A program made the position numbers and the translations under genes. Of a stretch of 64,000 nucleotides of DNA, positions 54,561 through 64,000 are shown one piece after another. Position 1 is the stretch's first letter; the number at the start of each line of letters is the position of its first letter. The DNA comes from Clostridia bacterium (lineage in GTDB: Bacteria; Bacillota; Clostridia; Christensenellales; DTU072), in contig JAFXIB010000089.1 of assembly GCA_017533505.1 (NCBI GenBank), forward strand, positions 2,009-66,008, read 5' to 3'. The notes beneath the pieces are model-generated. The model searched no databases. It worked only from the letters and a program-made list of their open reading frames with translations, and had not been told where the DNA came from.

Positions 54561-55259
54561 TTATTCTCCTTTGAATTCTTTAGTGCATCTAATATATGCT
54601 TCGCGTGGGTCTTCAGCTCCAGTGATAGAGCGACCAACTACGATATAAGTGCTACCCATTTCTCTTGCTTTTGCAGGAGTTGTAACGCGTTTTTGATCGT
54701 CAACAGAGTCGCCAGCAAGACGGATACCGGGGGTTACACTCATAAGACCAAGTTCCTTGATGATGGATGCTTCAAGTGGAGAGCAAACTACGCCGTCAAG
54801 GCCAGCTGCCTTTGCGTTGAGAGCATAGTGCTTAACGGTATTTTCAAGGGTTTCGTTGATGAGAAGCTCATTCTTGAGAGTATCTGCATCGGTAGAAGTA
54901 AGTTGTGTTACAGCGATAAGCTTGGGCATTGCGCCTTCTCCAGCTCCCTCTCTCAAGCCTTTGAGAGCTGCAGCCATCATTTTTACGCCACCAGCTGCAT
55001 GAACATTGGTGATATCAACACCAAGCTCACCAAGGTTTCTCATTGCCTTGTAAACGGTGTTTGGAATGTCGTGAAGCTTTAGGTCAAGGAAAATCTTGAA
55101 GCCCTTTGCTTTGAGTTCTCTAACCATTGGAGCACCCTCTTTGTAGTAGAGCTCCATACCAACCTTAAGATAAGGTTTTTGGTCGCCTAACTTTTCCAAA
55201 AAGCTATATAGTTCTTCTTTAGAAGAAAAGTCGCATGCAATAATAACATCTTTACACAT
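54561..55259 (-). CDS. pyrF: Orotidine-5'-phosphate decarboxylase
   Basis: IIACDF, LKVGMELY, FLDLKLHDIPNT, VVGRSIT. The start is set at MCKDVII (55259, RBS gggagg). That ATG overlaps the pyrD stop (ATGTGTAA). Confidence 0.9.
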   Translation of the reverse strand: MCKDVIIACDFSSKEELYSFLEKLGDQKPYLKVGMELYYKEGAPMVRELKAKGFKIFLDLKLHDIPNTVYKAMRNLGELGVDITNVHAAGGVKMMAAALKGLREGAGEGAMPKLIAVTQLTSTDADTLKNELLINETLENTVKHYALNAKAAGLDGVVCSPLEASIIKELGLMSVTPGIRLAGDSVDDQKRVTTPAKAREMGSTYIVVGRSITGAEDPREAYIRCTKEFKGE

Positions 55260-56187
55260 TGTGAGACCTCCCAATTATATCTGATAATTTATTTATTCCT
55301 AATTTTTCCATAGCGCCAGGTAGATTATCTACTATTTCCTTTGAGCCATATGGATTGACAAGATTGTATGAGCCAACCATAACTGCGTTTGCGCCGGCAT
55401 ACATCATCTCGATTACATCGTTTGCATTACTTATACCACCCATACCAATGATAGGTAAAGTGGTCTTTTCCCTTACCTTGTAAACCATATTTACTGCAAC
55501 AGGGAATACGCCAGGACCGCTATATCCACCACTCTTAACAGAGATGATGGGCTTTGCTGTCTTAAGGTCAATACGCATACCTACCAAAGTATTGATAAGG
55601 CTCAAACCATCTGCGCCACCATTTTCTGCTGCCTTTGCAAGTATGGTAACATCGGTAACATTGGGGCTTAATTTTACGATGATAGGTTTTGTAGATACCT
55701 TTTTGATTTCCTTAACTAAACTTTCTACGGTATCTGGATTTGTACCAAAAGCCATGCCACCACCCTTAACATTAGGGCAACTAATGTTGAGCTCAACAGC
55801 AAAAACTTTTTCTACATCGTTGAACTTTTCAACAGTTTCAATATACTCTTGGAAGCTATGTCCGCCTACATTTGCAATGACAGGTTTGGAGTATACCTTG
55901 CTTAATTTTGGAATTTCATCGGAGATAACCTTGTCAACGCCAGGGTTTTGTAGTCCTATTGCATTGATAAGGCCTGCTGGGCACTCTGCAATACGAGGGA
56001 GTGGATTGCCGTATCTTGCTTCCCTTGTTGTGCCCTTCAAACTCATTGAGCCGAGGCAGTTGATATCGTAGTATTCACTAAACTCATATCCAAATCCAAA
56101 TGTGCCACTTGCAGGGATAATTGGATTAGATAGTGTTACGCCAAAAAGTTCAACTTGGGTATCTAAAACTTTATTTTCGGTTATCAT
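55252..56187 (-). CDS. pyrD: Dihydroorotate dehydrogenase, catalytic subunit (class 1B)
   Basis: ELNISCPNVKGGGMAFG (catalytic Cys), GLSLINT, GGYSGP, IGMGGI. Paired with pyrK. Confidence 0.9.
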   Translation of the reverse strand: MITENKVLDTQVELFGVTLSNPIIPASGTFGFGYEFSEYYDINCLGSMSLKGTTREARYGNPLPRIAECPAGLINAIGLQNPGVDKVISDEIPKLSKVYSKPVIANVGGHSFQEYIETVEKFNDVEKVFAVELNISCPNVKGGGMAFGTNPDTVESLVKEIKKVSTKPIIVKLSPNVTDVTILAKAAENGGADGLSLINTLVGMRIDLKTAKPIISVKSGGYSGPGVFPVAVNMVYKVREKTTLPIIGMGGISNANDVIEMMYAGANAVMVGSYNLVNPYGSKEIVDNLPGAMEKLGINKLSDIIGRSHNV

Positions 56188-56906
56188 ATCTCAACTTCCT
56201 CCGCATCAAAGACAGGTCCTTCCTTACAAACGCGTGCATATCCAGACTTGGTTACCACACTACATCCCATACAAGCACCAAATCCACAACCCATGCGTGC
56301 TTCAAGGCTGAGTTCGCCCTTTTCGGAATACAGCTTTAGAAAATGCATCATGACCATTGGCCCACATGAGTAGTAGTAATCCCATTCCCTCTCAAGTGCT
56401 TTTACGCATGCAACTGGATTGCCAGCAAAACCTTTTGAGCCATCGTCAGTTGCGATATGAAGGTCGCAAATTTCCATTAGCTCCTTTTCTAAAACAACCT
56501 CATCAGCTGTTCTAAAGCCTGCAACAAAGGTGGGACGAATGCCCATCTTTGCATAGCACTTTGCAAGGTAGTATAGTGGAGCAATACCTATTCCACCACT
56601 AACAAGCAAAGGTTTCTTTGCTCTATCCAAACGGAAGCCATTTCCAAGGTTATAAATAACTTTTAACTTTTCGCCTACCTTGACTTCGGTCATCTTATCG
56701 GTTCCGCCGCCTACTACTTTGTAGAATATGGTAAGCTCGCCACCTTCATAATTGCCTACGCCAAATGGACGATTAAGGTAAAATCCTGGCACAGTTACTT
56801 CCACAAAGCTACCTGGAGCACAATACTCTGCGCCACTAAAACGCATCTCATATATTCCACCAGCAATAGGTCTATTTAGGCTGACTATTAGCTCTTTTTG
56901 AATCAT
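56184..56906 (-). CDS. pyrK: Dihydroorotate dehydrogenase electron-transfer subunit (FAD/2Fe-2S)
   Basis: FNR-like fold ([14 protein letters not shown]) and a C-terminal 2Fe-2S cluster motif [15 protein letters not shown] ... RVCKEGP. Confidence 0.9.
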   Translation of the reverse strand: MIQKELIVSLNRPIAGGIYEMRFSGAEYCAPGSFVEVTVPGFYLNRPFGVGNYEGGELTIFYKVVGGGTDKMTEVKVGEKLKVIYNLGNGFRLDRAKKPLLVSGGIGIAPLYYLAKCYAKMGIRPTFVAGFRTADEVVLEKELMEICDLHIATDDGSKGFAGNPVACVKALEREWDYYYSCGPMVMMHFLKLYSEKGELSLEARMGCGFGACMGCSVVTKSGYARVCKEGPVFDAEEVEI

Positions 56907-59900
56907 ATTGTGGACACTCCCATGGTGTTTTCTTCAAGTACATCAAGAAGAACGCGTACTGTATCAAGAGATGTAAATACTGGTACATTGTTGTCAATAG
57001 CTGTTCTTCTGATATAAGCGCCATCAGCTTGTCCTGCTGTACCTTCGGTAATGGTGTTTACAACATAGGTTACATAACCCTTTCTCAAGCTATCCAAAAT
57101 TTCTTCGCTACCTTGTGAGAGTTTTTTGCGTACTCTGGTACGAATACCATGTTCTTTTAGGAACTTTGCAGTACCTGCGGTTGCTTCGATATTGAATCCC
57201 ATATCGTAGAAACGCTTGATAAGTGGCAATGCTTGTTCCTTTTGCTTGTCAGCTATGGTTGCAAGAACGGTACCATAGTTTGATACACGCAAACCACTTG
57301 CCTTGAGGGACTTATATAGTGCTCTATTCAAAGTCTTGTCGTAGCCTATTGCTTCGCCAGTTGACTTCATTTCTGGACTGAGAACTGCATCAAGACCAGT
57401 TAGCTTGCTATATGAGAAGGTTGGTGTCTTAACAAACCATCTTTCCTTCTTTGGATAAACGCCTTGATAGCCTTGCTCTTTTAGGCTTACACCAAGCATA
57501 ACCTTTGTTGCGATGTCAGCTATAGGTGCGCCTGTTGTCTTTGCAAGGAATGGTACTGTACGGCTGGAGCGTGGGTTAACCTCGATAATATAAACCTTAT
57601 CATTTGAGTCAACTACGAATTGAATGTTGAATGGTCCCTTTACATCAAGACCGATACCAATGCGATTGGTGTAATCAATGATGGTTTCTTGCACCTTTTC
57701 GCTCAATGAGTAGCATGGATATACGCTCATACTATCGCCACTGTGAACGCCAGCTCTTTCGATGTGTTCCATGATGCCTGGGATAAATACTTCGGTACCA
57801 TCACAAACTGCGTCAACTTCACACTCTTGGCCAAGAATGTATTTGTCGATAAGAACGGGGTGTTTCTTGTTGATTTTTACTGCTTCAGCAAGGATGGGTT
57901 CAAGTTGCTCGCGATCATAAACGATGTGCATCATTCTGCCACCAAGAACGAATGAAGGACGAACAAGGACTGGATATCCAATCTCTTCTGCTGCCTTGAT
58001 ACCATCTTTGATGTTGAATACACTTCTGCCCTCTGGCATTGGGATATTCAAGCGATTGAGTGCTGCATTGAATAAGTCACGGTCTTCTGCTGCTGCGATG
58101 GACTCTGCAGAGCTACCGAGAATGGTTACACCAGCTTTATCAAGGTCTTCAGCAAGGTTGATTGCTGTTTGTCCACCGAGAGCTACGATAACACCCATTG
58201 GCTTTTCGAAGTCAATGACATTCATAACATCTTCAAATGTAAGTGGCTCAAAGTAGAGCTTATCGGAGATGGTGTAGTCGGTAGAAACAGTTTCGGGGTT
58301 ATTATTGATGATGATAGCTTCATATCCAGCTTCACGGATAGCCCAAATTGCGTGTACGGTAGAGTAGTCAAACTCAATACCTTGACCAATTCTAATTGGG
58401 CCTGAACCCATAACGATTACCTTTTTCCTATCGGAGCAAACGGACTCGTTTTCGGACTCATAGGTGGAGTACATATATGGAATATATGAGTCAAATTCTG
58501 CTGCACAAGTATCAATCATCTTGTATACAGGATAGAGATTGTTTTCTTTGCGCATTGCATACATTTCAGCTTCGGTCTTGCCCCATTTTTCGCCGATGTA
58601 AGCATCACTGAATCCCATCTTCTTGGCTTTCTTTAGCACTTCAAGGTCGCCTACATTTTGAGCAATAACCTTTTCCATGTTAGTGATGTTTTGTATCTTT
58701 TCCAAGAAGAATCTATCAATTTGAGTTAGGTCGTATAGGTAGTCAATCTTAACATCACGACGGATGGCTTCGGCAATCGCAAACACGCGCTCGTCGGTGT
58801 TCTTGATGATGATGTCAATAAGATCGTGGGTACTGATTTCCTTGAGTGCCTTAACTTCAAGATGGTCAAGACCAGTTTCAAGTGAGCGAACTGCCTTTAG
58901 GATTGCCTCTTCAAAAGTTCTACCGATGCTCATAACTTCGCCGGTAGCCTTCATTTGAGTGTTTAGAACACGATTTGCTTTTGTGAACTTATCAAATGGG
59001 AATCTTGGTACCTTTGCTACAATGTAGTCAAGGCTGGGCTCAAAGGCTGCTTTACCACAACCAATGTCGATTTCATCAAGGGTAAGTCCACAAGCAATCT
59101 TTGCACTAACTCTTGCAATTGGGAAACCACTTGCTTTACTTGCGAGTGCTGAAGAACGAGAAACGCGTGGATTTACTTCGATTACAAAGTACTCAAAGCT
59201 GAATGGGTCAAGCGCAAATTGGACATTACATCCACCCTCAATCTTGAGCGCCTTGATGATGTTTAGTGCTGCATTCTTGAGCATATTGTACTCTTTTAGA
59301 GTAAGAGTTTGTGAAGGTGCTACAACGATGGAGTCGCCAGTATGAATACCAACAGGGTCCATGTTTTCCATACAGCAAATTGCTATTGCTGTGCCAGCCT
59401 TGTCGCGCATAACTTCAAACTCGATTTCCTTGTAGCCCTTGATTGATTTTTCAATCAAGACTTGGGTTACTGGGCTGAGTTTAAGTGCGTTTTTAGCAAG
59501 CTCACGGAGCTCTTCTTCATTGTCAGCAAAGCCACCACCTGTTCCACCAAGTGTGAAAGCTGGACGAACGATGATTGGATAACCAATTTCTTCTGCAATG
59601 CGCACACATTCGTCAACGGTGTTAGCAGTTTCGGATTGCAAAACAGGCTCGCCAATTTCAATACATAAATCCTTGAAGAGTTGACGGTCTTCTGCCTTTG
59701 CGATAGCTTCATAGCTGGTACCAAGTAGCTCAACTTGACATTCGTCAAGAATACCCTTTGTGGAAAGTTGCATACCAAGGTTAAGACCAGTTTGTCCACC
59801 TATTGAGCAAAGCAAACCATCAGGACGCTCATGACGAATAATCTTTGCTACATGTTCAAGATCCAAGGGCTCCATATAAACCTTGTCAGCCATAGCTTGG

Positions 59901-60070
59901 TCGGTCATAATGGTTGCTGGGTTGGAGTTGACAAGGATAACTTCATATCCCTCTTCTTTGAGTGCTATACAAGCTTGTGTACCTGCATAGTCAAACTCTG
60001 CTGCCTGTCCTATAACGATAGGACCAGAGCCTATCATCATAATCTTCTTAATATCTGTTCTCTTTGGCAT
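56903..60070 (-). CDS. carB: Carbamoyl-phosphate synthase large subunit
   Basis: 1,055 aa with a duplicated ATP-grasp architecture ([21 protein letters not shown] and [21 protein letters not shown]; [16 protein letters not shown] and [16 protein letters not shown]) and a C-terminal MGS-like domain. Confidence 0.95.
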   Translation of the reverse strand: MPKRTDIKKIMMIGSGPIVIGQAAEFDYAGTQACIALKEEGYEVILVNSNPATIMTDQAMADKVYMEPLDLEHVAKIIRHERPDGLLCSIGGQTGLNLGMQLSTKGILDECQVELLGTSYEAIAKAEDRQLFKDLCIEIGEPVLQSETANTVDECVRIAEEIGYPIIVRPAFTLGGTGGGFADNEEELRELAKNALKLSPVTQVLIEKSIKGYKEIEFEVMRDKAGTAIAICCMENMDPVGIHTGDSIVVAPSQTLTLKEYNMLKNAALNIIKALKIEGGCNVQFALDPFSFEYFVIEVNPRVSRSSALASKASGFPIARVSAKIACGLTLDEIDIGCGKAAFEPSLDYIVAKVPRFPFDKFTKANRVLNTQMKATGEVMSIGRTFEEAILKAVRSLETGLDHLEVKALKEISTHDLIDIIIKNTDERVFAIAEAIRRDVKIDYLYDLTQIDRFFLEKIQNITNMEKVIAQNVGDLEVLKKAKKMGFSDAYIGEKWGKTEAEMYAMRKENNLYPVYKMIDTCAAEFDSYIPYMYSTYESENESVCSDRKKVIVMGSGPIRIGQGIEFDYSTVHAIWAIREAGYEAIIINNNPETVSTDYTISDKLYFEPLTFEDVMNVIDFEKPMGVIVALGGQTAINLAEDLDKAGVTILGSSAESIAAAEDRDLFNAALNRLNIPMPEGRSVFNIKDGIKAAEEIGYPVLVRPSFVLGGRMMHIVYDREQLEPILAEAVKINKKHPVLIDKYILGQECEVDAVCDGTEVFIPGIMEHIERAGVHSGDSMSVYPCYSLSEKVQETIIDYTNRIGIGLDVKGPFNIQFVVDSNDKVYIIEVNPRSSRTVPFLAKTTGAPIADIATKVMLGVSLKEQGYQGVYPKKERWFVKTPTFSYSKLTGLDAVLSPEMKSTGEAIGYDKTLNRALYKSLKASGLRVSNYGTVLATIADKQKEQALPLIKRFYDMGFNIEATAGTAKFLKEHGIRTRVRKKLSQGSEEILDSLRKGYVTYVVNTITEGTAGQADGAYIRRTAIDNNVPVFTSLDTVRVLLDVLEENTMGVSTI

Positions 60071-61145
60071 TTTTGCGTCCTCCGATTTTCTTCATAAAGT
60101 TGATAAATTGCTCGAAGAGATAACCCATTCCTTCTTCTGCTGGATGATATTGCATAGCAATAACATAGTTATCTTTGTCGATTACACCCTCTGCTGTGCC
60201 ATCAATGATATTGGTATGAGTGAGGGTTAGGCCAGTGCCTTCAAGTGAGTCTTTATCTATAACATGAATGTGGTTTTGAGAAGTGATTTCAATTTCGCCT
60301 GTTAGGATATTCTTTACAGGTTGGTTTGCGCCATTGTGGCCCACCTTCATTTTTGCAATCTTTGCGCCATATGCGTATGCAATAAGATGTGCGCCAAGGC
60401 CAATGCCCATGATTGGTAGCTTGCCCTTGAATTCCTTGATAAGGTCAGCAATTTCCATGACAGAGCTTGGTGCATCTGGGCCGTCAGAGATAAACAAGCC
60501 TTGAGGACGGTGCTTTAGGATTTCTTCCTTGGTTGCATCAAATGGGAATACAACTGCGTTGCATCCATTGTTTTTGAACTTGCGAATCATGGTTGACCTT
60601 ACGCCACAATCAATGATACCAACGGTAAATTGTGGGTTACGGGTGCGTGCGTACCACACGCTCTTGGAAGATACTTCCTTGACTGCATGGGATACCAAAT
60701 TATATGCTTTGATTTCCTTAACACACTCATCAACATCTCTGCCAGCATCTGTTATCATTGCACGCATACTACCTTCGGTACGGATGATTCGTACAATTTC
60801 GCGTGTATCAATGCCCTCAATTCCAGGAGCGCCATTGTCGCGAAGAACTTCTGCAAGTGTACGGGTAAAACGGAAGTTTGATGGAGAGTCATTATACTCC
60901 CTGACAATCATTCCACTGATGTGCACAGCTTTGGACTCAAAGTCATCATCGGTTAGACCATAGTTGCCTATGATTGGATAACTCATGCAAAGCATGCAGT
61001 TGCGATATGCAGGGTCAGAGATAATCTCTTGATATCCTACCATCGAGGTGTTAAAGACCAATTCGGCGATACGAGTTTCGTTTGCGCCAAAGCCTTTACC
61101 CAAAAAGGTTTTGCCATTTTCAAGCACCAACATTCGTGTATTCAT
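60048..61145 (-). CDS. carA: Carbamoyl-phosphate synthase small subunit homolog with a degenerate glutaminase triad
   Basis: CarA N-domain motifs ([35 protein letters not shown]). The GATase elbow reads [11 protein letters not shown] where the family has G-I-C-L-G-H-Q. The later motif is QYHPAEE where the family has GHPE. The start is set at [11 protein letters not shown] (61145, RBS ggagg). Confidence 0.9.
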   Translation of the reverse strand: MNTRMLVLENGKTFLGKGFGANETRIAELVFNTSMVGYQEIISDPAYRNCMLCMSYPIIGNYGLTDDDFESKAVHISGMIVREYNDSPSNFRFTRTLAEVLRDNGAPGIEGIDTREIVRIIRTEGSMRAMITDAGRDVDECVKEIKAYNLVSHAVKEVSSKSVWYARTRNPQFTVGIIDCGVRSTMIRKFKNNGCNAVVFPFDATKEEILKHRPQGLFISDGPDAPSSVMEIADLIKEFKGKLPIMGIGLGAHLIAYAYGAKIAKMKVGHNGANQPVKNILTGEIEITSQNHIHVIDKDSLEGTGLTLTHTNIIDGTAEGVIDKDNYVIAMQYHPAEEGMGYLFEQFINFMKKIGGRKNAKENRY

Positions 61146-61168
61146 ATTTCCTCCAAACATTTGGATAT

Positions 61169-62365
61169 TTACTTATTTTGCCATACCACCTTGCCGTCTA
61201 CCATCGTAAGCTGATTGAAGCCGTAGAATGTGTAGCCGATAAAGGGTGAGTTTTTGGAAAGTGATAGTATTTCACTTTCTTCGTAAGTGTGCGCATTGCT
61301 GATATCAAGTGCGCAAAGGTTTGCTTTTGCACCTATCTTTAGCTCTGGGATAGGTAGTCCCATTCTCTTTGCAGGAGCTGTTGAGACAAGCTCAACAAAT
61401 CTCTTGTAAGAGATTTTACCATTCCTCACAAAGTGCGTGTATATGCTTGGTAAAAAGGTTTCAAGGCCAATGATACCATTCAAGCTCTTTTGATACTCTC
61501 CCTTTTCGTGTTTAGCATGGGGAGCATGGTCGGTTGCAAGCATATCCACAGTGCCATCTAAAAGCGCATCTATGGTTGCTTGCATATCTTCATATGAGCG
61601 AAGAGGTGGATTCATCTTGGTGTTGCCGTCCTTGATATCCCTATCACATAAGAGCAAGTGATGTGGACAAGCTTCAACGGTAATGTCATAACCTTCTTGC
61701 TTTGCATTACGAATGTACTCGTAAGCCTCGGCTGTGGAGATATGACAAAAGTGATATTTTACACCAATTTCCTTTGCCATTTCAATTTCGCGCTCAACAG
61801 CCACAATTTCTGCTTGTGGTGTTGTGCCAAGGTTTTCAGCTTCGGCGTGTGATGCTATCACTATGCCTGCTTCCTTTGCAATCATCATGGCCTTACGGAG
61901 TAGCTCAAGATTGTTGACACCCTTTCCGTCGTCAGTGAATGCTTTAACCCTGTCTTTTAGCTCTGTTAAATCACTTAACTCTACTCCCATTTCTCCTTTG
62001 GTAACAGAAGCAAATGGATAGCACTTTACAACTGCATCGCGCTCAATTATGTCCTCTTGTACCTTTAGGTTAGCTATGCTGTCAGGACAAGGATTTAGGT
62101 TTGGCATAGGCATAATTGTGCCTACTCCACCCTTTGCAGCAGCAAGGGTACCAGATGCTATCGTTTCCTTGTACTCATATCCTGGCTCACGAAGATGTAC
62201 ATGCACATCAACAGCTGATGGCATTACCCATAGTCCATTTAGGTCTATGGTATCTTTCCCTTGGATACTCTCTGCAATATCAACGATTACACCATTTTCG
62301 TCTATAGCGATATCGCGATTTTCGAGTTCATCTCCTATTAAGATTAGTCCGTTTTTGAGTATCAT
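61169..62365 (-). CDS. pyrC: Dihydroorotase
   Basis: DVHVHLREPG, AAAKGGVGTIMPMPN, ASHAE, FCHIST, ACPHHL, NPPLR, ATDHAPH. Confidence 0.9.
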   Translation of the reverse strand: MILKNGLILIGDELENRDIAIDENGVIVDIAESIQGKDTIDLNGLWVMPSAVDVHVHLREPGYEYKETIASGTLAAAKGGVGTIMPMPNLNPCPDSIANLKVQEDIIERDAVVKCYPFASVTKGEMGVELSDLTELKDRVKAFTDDGKGVNNLELLRKAMMIAKEAGIVIASHAEAENLGTTPQAEIVAVEREIEMAKEIGVKYHFCHISTAEAYEYIRNAKQEGYDITVEACPHHLLLCDRDIKDGNTKMNPPLRSYEDMQATIDALLDGTVDMLATDHAPHAKHEKGEYQKSLNGIIGLETFLPSIYTHFVRNGKISYKRFVELVSTAPAKRMGLPIPELKIGAKANLCALDISNAHTYEESEILSLSKNSPFIGYTFYGFNQLTMVDGKVVWQNK

Positions 62366-63240
62366 TATAGCTTTCCTTGTAGTGCGAGTGTGATTACTGC
62401 CATTCTTACATATACGCCGTTTTCAGATTGCCTATAAATGCGACTCTTTTCGCACTCGGCAACTTCGGAGGCAATTTCTATGCCACGATTGATGGGCGCT
62501 GGGTGCATGATGATGGCGCGATTTTTCATTTGAGCTACGCGCTCCGATGTCATACCATAGTTTTGGTGGTACTCTTCCTTGGTCATCTTCATAGCCTCTT
62601 GATGGCGCTCAAATTGTACGCGTAGAAGATTTATGATGTCGCAAGTCTTTACAGCTGTCTCGATGTCGATATACTCTGCTGTGTCCTTGTCCGCAAACTC
62701 TTCTGGGCCGGAACAGTAAACTTTCATACCAAGTCTACGCATTACTTCGGCATTTCCATGCGCTACCCTTGAGTGTGCGATATCACCTACAAGCGCAATC
62801 TTGAGTCCTTCAAATCTACCAAACTCTTCATAGATTGTCATAAGGTCAAGGAGAGTTTGGGTAGGATAGTCTGACTTTCCATCTCCACCATTAAAAATAG
62901 GGACCTTGATACCCTCAAGTTCCCTATAATACTCATCCTGCGTATGACGAATGACAACACCATCAACACCCAAACTTTCAAAAGTCCTTACTGTGTCGTA
63001 AAGAGTTTCTCCTTTTTGAACGCTTGATGTTGCAAGATTGACTGAAAGTGGTGTGATACCCAAATTAATCATTGCGATTTGAAAACTATATTGGGTACGA
63101 GTAGAATTCTCATAAAAAAGGTTGACCATCTTCTTCCCTGGGAAGTTGACTGTCCAACCTTTCTTAAAACGAATAGCAAGTTCTATGATGTCCATAATTT
63201 CGGGAGTTGATAAGTCCCTCAATGTTAGCAAACCTCTCAT
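62365..63240 (-). CDS. pyrB: Aspartate carbamoyltransferase catalytic chain
   Basis: STRTQ (family: STRTR), SSVQKGETL, VVIRH, DYPTQ (family: HPTQ), LRVQFER, HPAPINRG. First gene of the pyr operon. Confidence 0.9.
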   Translation of the reverse strand: MRGLLTLRDLSTPEIMDIIELAIRFKKGWTVNFPGKKMVNLFYENSTRTQYSFQIAMINLGITPLSVNLATSSVQKGETLYDTVRTFESLGVDGVVIRHTQDEYYRELEGIKVPIFNGGDGKSDYPTQTLLDLMTIYEEFGRFEGLKIALVGDIAHSRVAHGNAEVMRRLGMKVYCSGPEEFADKDTAEYIDIETAVKTCDIINLLRVQFERHQEAMKMTKEEYHQNYGMTSERVAQMKNRAIIMHPAPINRGIEIASEVAECEKSRIYRQSENGVYVRMAVITLALQGKL

Positions 63241-63362
63241 AAGTACCTCGCGTGCATATGCAAATTTTTTATATTATAATATAAGAACTTACACTTGTAA
63301 AGTAAATTAGAAAAAAACTCCATATAAATTTTGATACGATAACAAAAAATCCAAATGCACTC

Positions 63363-63391
63363 TTGACAAAGGATATAGCATTTCATAAAAT
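63363..63391 (+). promoter_or_regulatory. Candidate folD promoter
   Basis: TTGACA (63363-63368), 17-nt spacer, TAAAAT (63386-63391). RBS aaggaga lies before the ATG at 63424. Confidence 0.55.
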
Positions 63392-63423
63392 AAATTTAGC
63401 ACTTATGCAAGGAGAAACAAACT

Positions 63424-64000
63424 ATGTCCGAACCTTTAGTTCTTGATGGAAGAGCAGTAGCAAAGTGGGTGGAAGCAGACCTACAAAAAAGAGTGGCTGT
63501 TATCAAAGAAAAGAGTGGCGTAACACCCGTTCTTGCAACGATAATTGTTGGCAACAATCCCGCAAGCGAAACCTATGTTAGGATGAAAGGTAATGCTTGT
63601 AGGCGTGTAGGAATGGAGCCCAAAAAGGTAGAGCTACCCGAAACTACCACAACCGAAGAGCTTTTGAGCGTAATTGAAGAGCTAAACAACGACGATAGTG
63701 TATGTGGCATTCTTCTTCAACACCCAGTACCCAAGCACATTGATGAGCAAAAATGCTTCAATGCAATCTCCCTTGACAAAGATACTGATGGTGTAAACAC
63801 AGCTTCATTTGGCGCCGTAACAATGGGCAACAAGGGCTTCAAATGTGCAACCCCCTACTCAATTATGACCATACTTGACTACTACAAGATTGAGCTAAAA
63901 GGCAAGCATGCTGTGGTAATTGGCAGAAGCCCTATTCTTGGCAAGCCCGTATCCATGCTACTTTTGAATGCAGATGCTACCGTAACTATTTGTCACTCAA
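63424..64000 (+). CDS. folD: Bifunctional methylenetetrahydrofolate dehydrogenase/cyclohydrolase, N-terminal 192 codons (runs off the window)
   Basis: LDGRAVA, LATIIVGNNPASETYVRMK, GILLQHPVP, DKDTDG, ATPYSIM, GKHAVVIGRSPILGKPVSMLL. Confidence 0.9.
   Translation, partial: MSEPLVLDGRAVAKWVEADLQKRVAVIKEKSGVTPVLATIIVGNNPASETYVRMKGNACRRVGMEPKKVELPETTTTEELLSVIEELNNDDSVCGILLQHPVPKHIDEQKCFNAISLDKDTDGVNTASFGAVTMGNKGFKCATPYSIMTILDYYKIELKGKHAVVIGRSPILGKPVSMLLLNADATVTICHS

Noticed and set aside
63241-63362. PyrR-binding attenuator or pyrR/pyrP genes upstream of pyrB
   Set aside because: There is no pyrR or pyrP ORF. The leader is about 35 nt with no terminator/antiterminator pair or ARUCCAGAGAGG-type loop. 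There is only a candidate promoter (TTACAA-16-TATAAT) and the alternating tract.

Overview
This 64-kb window looks like a chromosomal segment of a low-GC, Bacillota-type anaerobe. Supporting signs are GGAGG-type ribosome-binding sites, lipobox lipoproteins, rubredoxin and flavodiiron genes, and a Bacillus-like pyr operon order. About 85% is coding and most genes are on the minus strand.

Gene content, left to right:
- End of a histidine kinase, plus three membrane proteins.
- A redox/O2-NO detoxification cluster: rubredoxin, multidomain flavodiiron protein, 4Fe-4S protein, ldhA and a divergent Crp/Fnr regulator.
- tRNA-Arg(ACG), followed by an unusual 193-bp tandem repeat that carries copies of the tRNA 3' end.
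- Esterase, XRE-cupin regulator and a GLUG-motif lipoprotein.
- trkA-trkH followed by an ATP-grasp ligase, then a NUDIX hydrolase.
- A frameshifted GH38 alpha-mannosidase.
- A PuuR-like regulator followed by potABCD.
- A 24-kb co-directional cell-surface locus. It holds an ABC exporter, two paralogous N-anchored Big_2/beta-helix proteins, an N-anchored 311-aa protein, mtnN, a GlmM-GlmU(acetyltransferase) fusion, and a ~4,190-codon adhesin reading frame split by one in-frame TAA.
- nagB and a SIS-domain protein.
- tRNA-Thr(GGT) with a duplicated downstream segment.
- An LRR protein gene and an aminotransferase.
- pyrB-pyrC-carA-carB-pyrK-pyrD-pyrF-pyrE, then the start of folD.

I saw no rRNA, CRISPR array, transposase, integrase or phage gene.

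Observations I rate most worth a second look:
1. The giant surface-protein/ABC/amino-sugar locus, including the split 12.6-kb ORF.
2. The GlmM-GlmU acetyltransferase fusion.
3. The tRNA-linked tandem repeats.
4. A recurrent class of CpG-rich, strictly alternating purine-pyrimidine tracts embedded in most promoter regions.
5. A CarA whose glutaminase nucleophile Cys is replaced by Gly.

All functional calls come from motif recognition by eye. No database search was run.
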